Shown one piece after another: positions 44,565-48,887 of a stretch of 48,887 nucleotides of DNA; position 1 is the first letter of the stretch, and each line of letters begins with the position of its first letter. A model generated the notes under the pieces. That model did not search any database. It was given only the letters and a program-made list of their open reading frames with translations, and was not told the DNA's origin. Location of the stretch: sequence record SRR16203515_707. The stretch is one strand, 5' to 3'. The position numbers and the translations under genes were made by a program.

Positions 44565-45678
44565 GGCGTTGCGTCGGCGCCACCGTCCGGCCGGTGAGCG
44601 ACGCCAGGGCGAGCCCCAGGGCGCTGTCGGGTTCGGCGTTGCGCAGCGTCATCAGTACCGGCAGACGCAGACGCGGAATCAGCGCCAGATCACGGGCGAG
44701 AGCCTGGAAGCTGGCCTGCGGGCAGTTGGCCAGTCGCACGAGGAAGGTCGGCAGGCGCTCGGCATCTTCCAGATGGGCATAACCGCGTGCGGCGATCGCG
44801 ACCAGCACATCCACGCTGGCGGCGCTCTCGTCCGCCAATAGCGTATCCAGCCATTCGGCGGCCGCTGGCAGGGGGCTGGCAGCCGCTGCACGCAGGCAGG
44901 CGCACAGGGTTTCCAGGTCTCCCAGCTCCCGTGCCGTCCGACCGCGGCGAATCAGACTGTCGAGCAGCTCCGCCTCCAGACTGTCCGTCAGCGGACTGGC
45001 CAGCTGCGGATGGGCCGGGGGAGCCTGCTCCAGGCACAGGGCGAGCGCGCGCAGCGGCGTGTCGGGAAGATAGCCGATCCGTTCGATCATCGCCTCGGCA
45101 AGTTCATTGGTGAACTCACCGCGACGCGTCAGTCCATCGGCGATGCCCTGCAGGCCAACGCTGGGCCAGTCATCAAGGGGCAGTTGCGCGGCGAGATAGC
45201 GTTCCGCCTGTTCGTAGTACTGACTGGCAGGGCGATCACAGTCGATGCTGGCGCGGGCATGCAGCATGGCGCGCAGGCTGTCATCTGGAGTGAAGGCCAG
45301 GGGATTGTCCTGCATCAGGTTGTCGATCTTGCCTGCCTCGGCCTGCAACAGGTCAGAACGACCGACGCTCAGTGCCGTCTGGCCGAGTGTGGTCAGCAGG
45401 CGTTCGAGGAATGCATCTCGTTGCGGCGGAGAAAGCCGGCCTTCTTCATCCAGCGGCAGGGCCAGAAACCACACCAGTGGATCGTCGATGCCGGCGGGTC
45501 GGAAGACGCACGCCAGCCGGGCCTGTCCCTTGAAAGGTTGCGACCACGGCTGTTGCTGGGTCTCGAAGGCTTCCAGCTCTTCAAGGCTCAAGGGGGACAG
45601 GATGCGCCCCAGGTGATAGAGGTGCACGTCAGCACCGGTGCGCTGGAAGAAGTTGCTCAGGGAGGAGAGTGGAGTCAT
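44560..45678 (-). CDS. DUF3549 family protein
   Basis: Y.LGR, WFL.LPLDE.G.L...R..F, NP..F.P, W..VG.QGIAD, F..L..DL..IP.LR pattern; start at MTPLSS preferred over the ORF-track extension. Confidence 0.8.
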   Translation of the reverse strand: MTPLSSLSNFFQRTGADVHLYHLGRILSPLSLEELEAFETQQQPWSQPFKGQARLACVFRPAGIDDPLVWFLALPLDEEGRLSPPQRDAFLERLLTTLGQTALSVGRSDLLQAEAGKIDNLMQDNPLAFTPDDSLRAMLHARASIDCDRPASQYYEQAERYLAAQLPLDDWPSVGLQGIADGLTRRGEFTNELAEAMIERIGYLPDTPLRALALCLEQAPPAHPQLASPLTDSLEAELLDSLIRRGRTARELGDLETLCACLRAAAASPLPAAAEWLDTLLADESAASVDVLVAIAARGYAHLEDAERLPTFLVRLANCPQASFQALARDLALIPRLRLPVLMTLRNAEPDSALGLALASLTGRTVAPTQRH

Positions 45679-45833
45679 GAGGCTCACCGCTGCGGTTGGG
45701 CTCCCCGGACGCAGTACGCGTCCGGGACGACCTGAGATTGGGCGTGATATCGGCAAGGATACGCCAAGAATGGCTGAGACTTTAGCGATTCGCCTCTTGG
45801 CATGCCACCCGCGAAGGCTATCGCGCATTGTCG

Positions 45834-45846
45834 CAACACCTTGATT
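45834..45846 (-). promoter_or_regulatory. IHF binding site
   Basis: Minus strand AATCAAGGTGTTG is an exact match to WATCAANNNNTTR. Confidence 0.6.
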
Positions 45847-45963
45847 GCAGAAAGATTGCCGGCTATGGGGCCTTTGGGAGACGTCCTGGTGACTCGCTGA
45901 TGAAAATTTGATCAATTTTCTCCTGCCCAGGTCTGGCGCGGCTTGCAGCGAGGAAGCACAAGG

Positions 45964-45998
45964 TTATCCACAGTATCGTCCACGGAAGACGTGAATAA
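45964..45998. promoter_or_regulatory. DnaA-box cluster (DARS-like)
   Basis: Perfect TTATCCACA (45964-72), degenerate TCGTCCACG (45976-84), inverted box CGTGAATAA (45990-98, reads TTATTCACG). Confidence 0.65.
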
Positions 45999-46382
45999 CT
46001 GTCATCCTGATGACCTCAGGCTGTCATCGTTAGCCGCTACCCGGTGGCGTGCTCTTGAGAGGGCACACTCAATCCGAGTGGCAGCGGCCGTTGCGCCCGC
46101 CGGGACGCCTCGGCGCATGGCTGGTCAGCAGGGGCAGGCATGCTAGAATCTCATCATTGCTCGCGCATGTAGCGTTATTCCTTTTCGTTCTTACCAAAGT
46201 GGAGGAAATGTTTGGGAATGCGCGACAGGCTCGTTATTCTATAAAACTAAATCACATATAAATGCTGTCGCTTATGCCTGATTCGTTGCTGTCATGTGCT
46301 CGCTGCGTGTGGGACGGTGGATGACGTCTGCACTTCGACACATGCCCTGCCCGCATAAGTCTGCCACCATCGAGGATTTCCG

Positions 46383-47177
46383 ATGCGCCATTCACGTTCA
46401 CTTGCTGCCGTCTTCTCTGCCACTGCTCTCAAGGGCACCGTGATGGCGGCGGCATTGGGGGCTGCTGCCATGGGCAGCCTGGCCGCTCACGCCGACACCC
46501 TGAAGGTCGGCATGTCCGGAGGCTACTTCCCGTTCACCTTCGTCAAGCAGGACAAGCTGCAGGGCTTTGAGGTGGATGTCCTGAATGCCGTGGGCGAGAT
46601 CACCGGCGACGATGTCGAATTCGTCACCATGAGCTTCTCCGGTCTGATCGGTGCACTGGAAGCGGGTCGTATCGATACCGTGGCCAACCAGATCACCATC
46701 ACCGATGCGCGCAAGGCCAAGTTCGCCTTCACCCAGCCGTACGTCTATGACGGGGCGCAGGTGGTCAAGCGTCGTGGCAATGACGAGATCACCGGCGTCG
46801 AGTCCCTCAAGGGGCACAGCGTGGCGGTCAATCTGGGGTCCAACTACGAAGCGCTGATGAAGGAGTTGCCGTACGCCGACCAGATCGACATCAAGACCTA
46901 TGAATCCAACATCGAGCAGGACACCGCCCTGGGCCGTGTCGATGCCTTCGTGATGGACCGCGTCAGTGCAAGCCAGGTGATCCAGAAGACACCGTTGCCG
47001 CTGGAGCTGGCAGGCACGCCGTTCTCACGTCTCGAGAACGCGCTGCCGTTCCGCAAGGATGCCGAGGGTGAAGCCAAGCGTGACGCGGTGGATGCCGCGC
47101 TGACCGAGCTCAAGGAAAATGGTCGTCTGGCCGAGATTTCCAACAAGTGGTTCGGCAATGACATCACCACGCCTTGA
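46383..47177 (+). CDS. Polar amino-acid ABC transporter substrate-binding protein (cystine/TcyA-YxeM-like)
   Basis: Signal peptide; Y.PF.F, GFEVD, RID..ANQI.IT..R, LGSNYE, IS.KWFG.D. Confidence 0.9.
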   Translation: MRHSRSLAAVFSATALKGTVMAAALGAAAMGSLAAHADTLKVGMSGGYFPFTFVKQDKLQGFEVDVLNAVGEITGDDVEFVTMSFSGLIGALEAGRIDTVANQITITDARKAKFAFTQPYVYDGAQVVKRRGNDEITGVESLKGHSVAVNLGSNYEALMKELPYADQIDIKTYESNIEQDTALGRVDAFVMDRVSASQVIQKTPLPLELAGTPFSRLENALPFRKDAEGEAKRDAVDAALTELKENGRLAEISNKWFGNDITTP

Positions 47178-47274
47178 ACATTGACGGGCGCGCCCTGATA
47201 CAGGGGGCACCCGTGGACGAGCCTGACGCATGACGGTGTGTCACGTGCAGGCGCGTCAATCGATGTCGTGAGCA

Positions 47275-47305
47275 AACGGGGTGACGGCACAACCGTCACC
47301 CCGTT
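47275..47305 (+). other. Intercistronic stem-loop between SBP and permease genes
   Basis: Perfect 13-bp AACGGGGTGACGG-CACAA-CCGTCACCCCGTT. Confidence 0.7.
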
Positions 47306-47408
47306 GCCGTGATGATGCTCCGCGTGTCGCCGGGATATTGCCGTCATCACGTCGATGGGCGTCTTCCGTGAGACTCTCAGCCAAGCCCTCAGCCTGTCCG
47401 GATAACGA

Positions 47409-48083
47409 ATGGATACTCTCAATATCGATTACATGCTTGGCCTGCTGCCGGTCATGCTCAAATACCTGCCACTGACACTCAAGATGGCCTGTATCGGCAT
47501 GGTGGCCGCGCTGGTACTGGCCTCGCTGTTGGCGGTAGTGCGGGTGCTGAAGGTGCCGGTGCTCAACGCGCTGACCGTGGTGTTCATCTCCTTCTTCCGC
47601 GGTACGCCGCTGCTGGTGCAGCTGTTCCTGTTCTACTACGGCCTGCCGCAGGTGATGTCGTTCCTCACCCAGATCGATGGCGTGACCGCGACGATTCTGG
47701 GCCTGACGCTGCACTTCTCGGCCTACATGGCCGAGTCGATCCGTGCGGCCATCGTCGGCGTCGATCGCAGCCAGACCGAGGCGGCGCTGTCCATCGGCAT
47801 GACCAATGTCCAGTTGATGCGTCGCATCGTGCTGCCACAGGCAGCCCGTGTGGCGGCTCCCACGCTGATGAACTACTTCGTGGACATGATCAAGTCCACG
47901 TCGCTGGCCTTCACGCTGGGGGTGACCGAACTGATGGGCGCGACCCAGAAGGAAGCGGCCAGCAGCTTCCTGTACTTTGAATCCTTCATCATGGTGGCCA
48001 TCGTCTACTGGGTGATGGTGGAAGGGCTGTCCTTCGTGCAGCGCTGGATGGAGAAACGTCTCAACAAGGCCTATCAGCGATGA
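47409..48083 (+). CDS. Polar amino-acid ABC transporter permease
   Basis: [19 protein letters not shown] loop (QTEAALSIG), K.TSL. Confidence 0.95.
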   Translation: MDTLNIDYMLGLLPVMLKYLPLTLKMACIGMVAALVLASLLAVVRVLKVPVLNALTVVFISFFRGTPLLVQLFLFYYGLPQVMSFLTQIDGVTATILGLTLHFSAYMAESIRAAIVGVDRSQTEAALSIGMTNVQLMRRIVLPQAARVAAPTLMNYFVDMIKSTSLAFTLGVTELMGATQKEAASSFLYFESFIMVAIVYWVMVEGLSFVQRWMEKRLNKAYQR

Positions 48084-48844
48084 TTGCAGTCAGAAATCTG
48101 ATCAAGAAATTCGGCGGGCAGGCCGTGCTCGATGGCATCACGCTGGAAGTGAAGCAGGGCGAGATCATCGTCGTCATCGGCCCGTCGGGTACCGGCAAGT
48201 CCACCTTGCTGCGTTGCATCAACTTCCTGGAACAACCCGATGACGGGGAAATCCAGATCGGCGAGCACAAGGTCGCGGCCACACGCGCCAGTCGCCATGA
48301 CATTCTTGCCCTGCGTCGCAACAGCGCTTTCGTGTTCCAGAACTATGCGCTGTTCGCCAACAAGACGGCGCTTGAGAACATTGCCGAGGGCCTGATCGTC
48401 GTCAATGGCTGGCCCAAGGCCAAGGCGCATCAACGCGCCCGCGAGATTCTCGAGCGCATCGGCATGAGCGAGAAGGCGGATGCCTTCCCGGCGGCGCTTT
48501 CCGGTGGACAGCAGCAGCGCATCGGCATCGGGCGTGCCATGGCGGCCCAGGCCGAGGTCATCCTGTTCGATGAGCCGACCTCGGCGCTCGACCCGGAATG
48601 GGTCGACGAAGTGCTGGAGCTGATGAAGCAGCTGGCGGTGGAGCGTCAGACCATGATCGTGGTCACCCACGAGATGCAGTTTGCGCGGGAAGTCGCTGAC
48701 CGCGTCATCTTCATGGAAGGCGGGCGTATCGTCGAGCAGGGGCCACCGAGTCAGCTGTTCAGCGCGCCGAAGGATGACCGCACCCGCGCCTTCCTGCGCA
48801 AGGTGCTCGATGAAGTCCCGCCGCAGGGAGCGGCAGGTATCTGA
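48080..48844 (+). CDS. Polar amino-acid ABC transporter ATPase
   Basis: [38 protein letters not shown]-coupled to the permease. Confidence 0.96.
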   Translation: MIAVRNLIKKFGGQAVLDGITLEVKQGEIIVVIGPSGTGKSTLLRCINFLEQPDDGEIQIGEHKVAATRASRHDILALRRNSAFVFQNYALFANKTALENIAEGLIVVNGWPKAKAHQRAREILERIGMSEKADAFPAALSGGQQQRIGIGRAMAAQAEVILFDEPTSALDPEWVDEVLELMKQLAVERQTMIVVTHEMQFAREVADRVIFMEGGRIVEQGPPSQLFSAPKDDRTRAFLRKVLDEVPPQGAAGI

Positions 48845-48887
48845 GCGGCTGCCATCTCAAGGGCAACCCTCATCACGACGGCCCACC

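Noticed and set aside
45834-45998. DnaA boxes considered as oriC
   Set aside because: Too few boxes, no 13-mer/DUE array and no dnaA-dnaN-gidA-parAB context; kept as DARS/datA-like instead

Overview
GC-rich gammaproteobacterial chromosome segment, most consistent with Halomonadaceae (Cobetia/Halomonas-like; an inference from gene order and protein sequences). It is almost entirely core genome: ECF sigma/anti-sigma pair; nadK-metallophosphoesterase-rhomboid-yeaC-DUF2797; a RimK-like ATP-grasp gene divergent from a GNAT; yajQ, cvfB-like, glycerate kinase, ybaN, pepN; the conserved rsgA-orn-queG-nnr-tsaE-amiB-mutL-miaA-hfq-hflX-hflK-hflC-hisZ-purA cluster; an Rrf2 regulator-sufBCDS-sufT operon; yceI, sanA-like, a ferritin-like hypothetical, canonical rimK plus its partner protease, DUF3549 and a polar amino-acid ABC transporter. 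I saw no mobile element, CRISPR array, rRNA or tRNA. The most interesting signals are non-coding: (i) a DnaA-box cluster with DARS-like geometry plus a perfect IHF site at 45.83-46.0 kb; (ii) a candidate ~55-nt sigmaE-type sRNA with its own terminator (or an attenuator) at 4.0-4.09 kb; (iii) Fur-like and IscR-type boxes upstream of suf; (iv) the RimK-like/GNAT divergent pair around a palindromic operator; (v) short tandem repeats anchored on stop codons. All calls come from reading the sequence and recognising motifs; no database searches were run.
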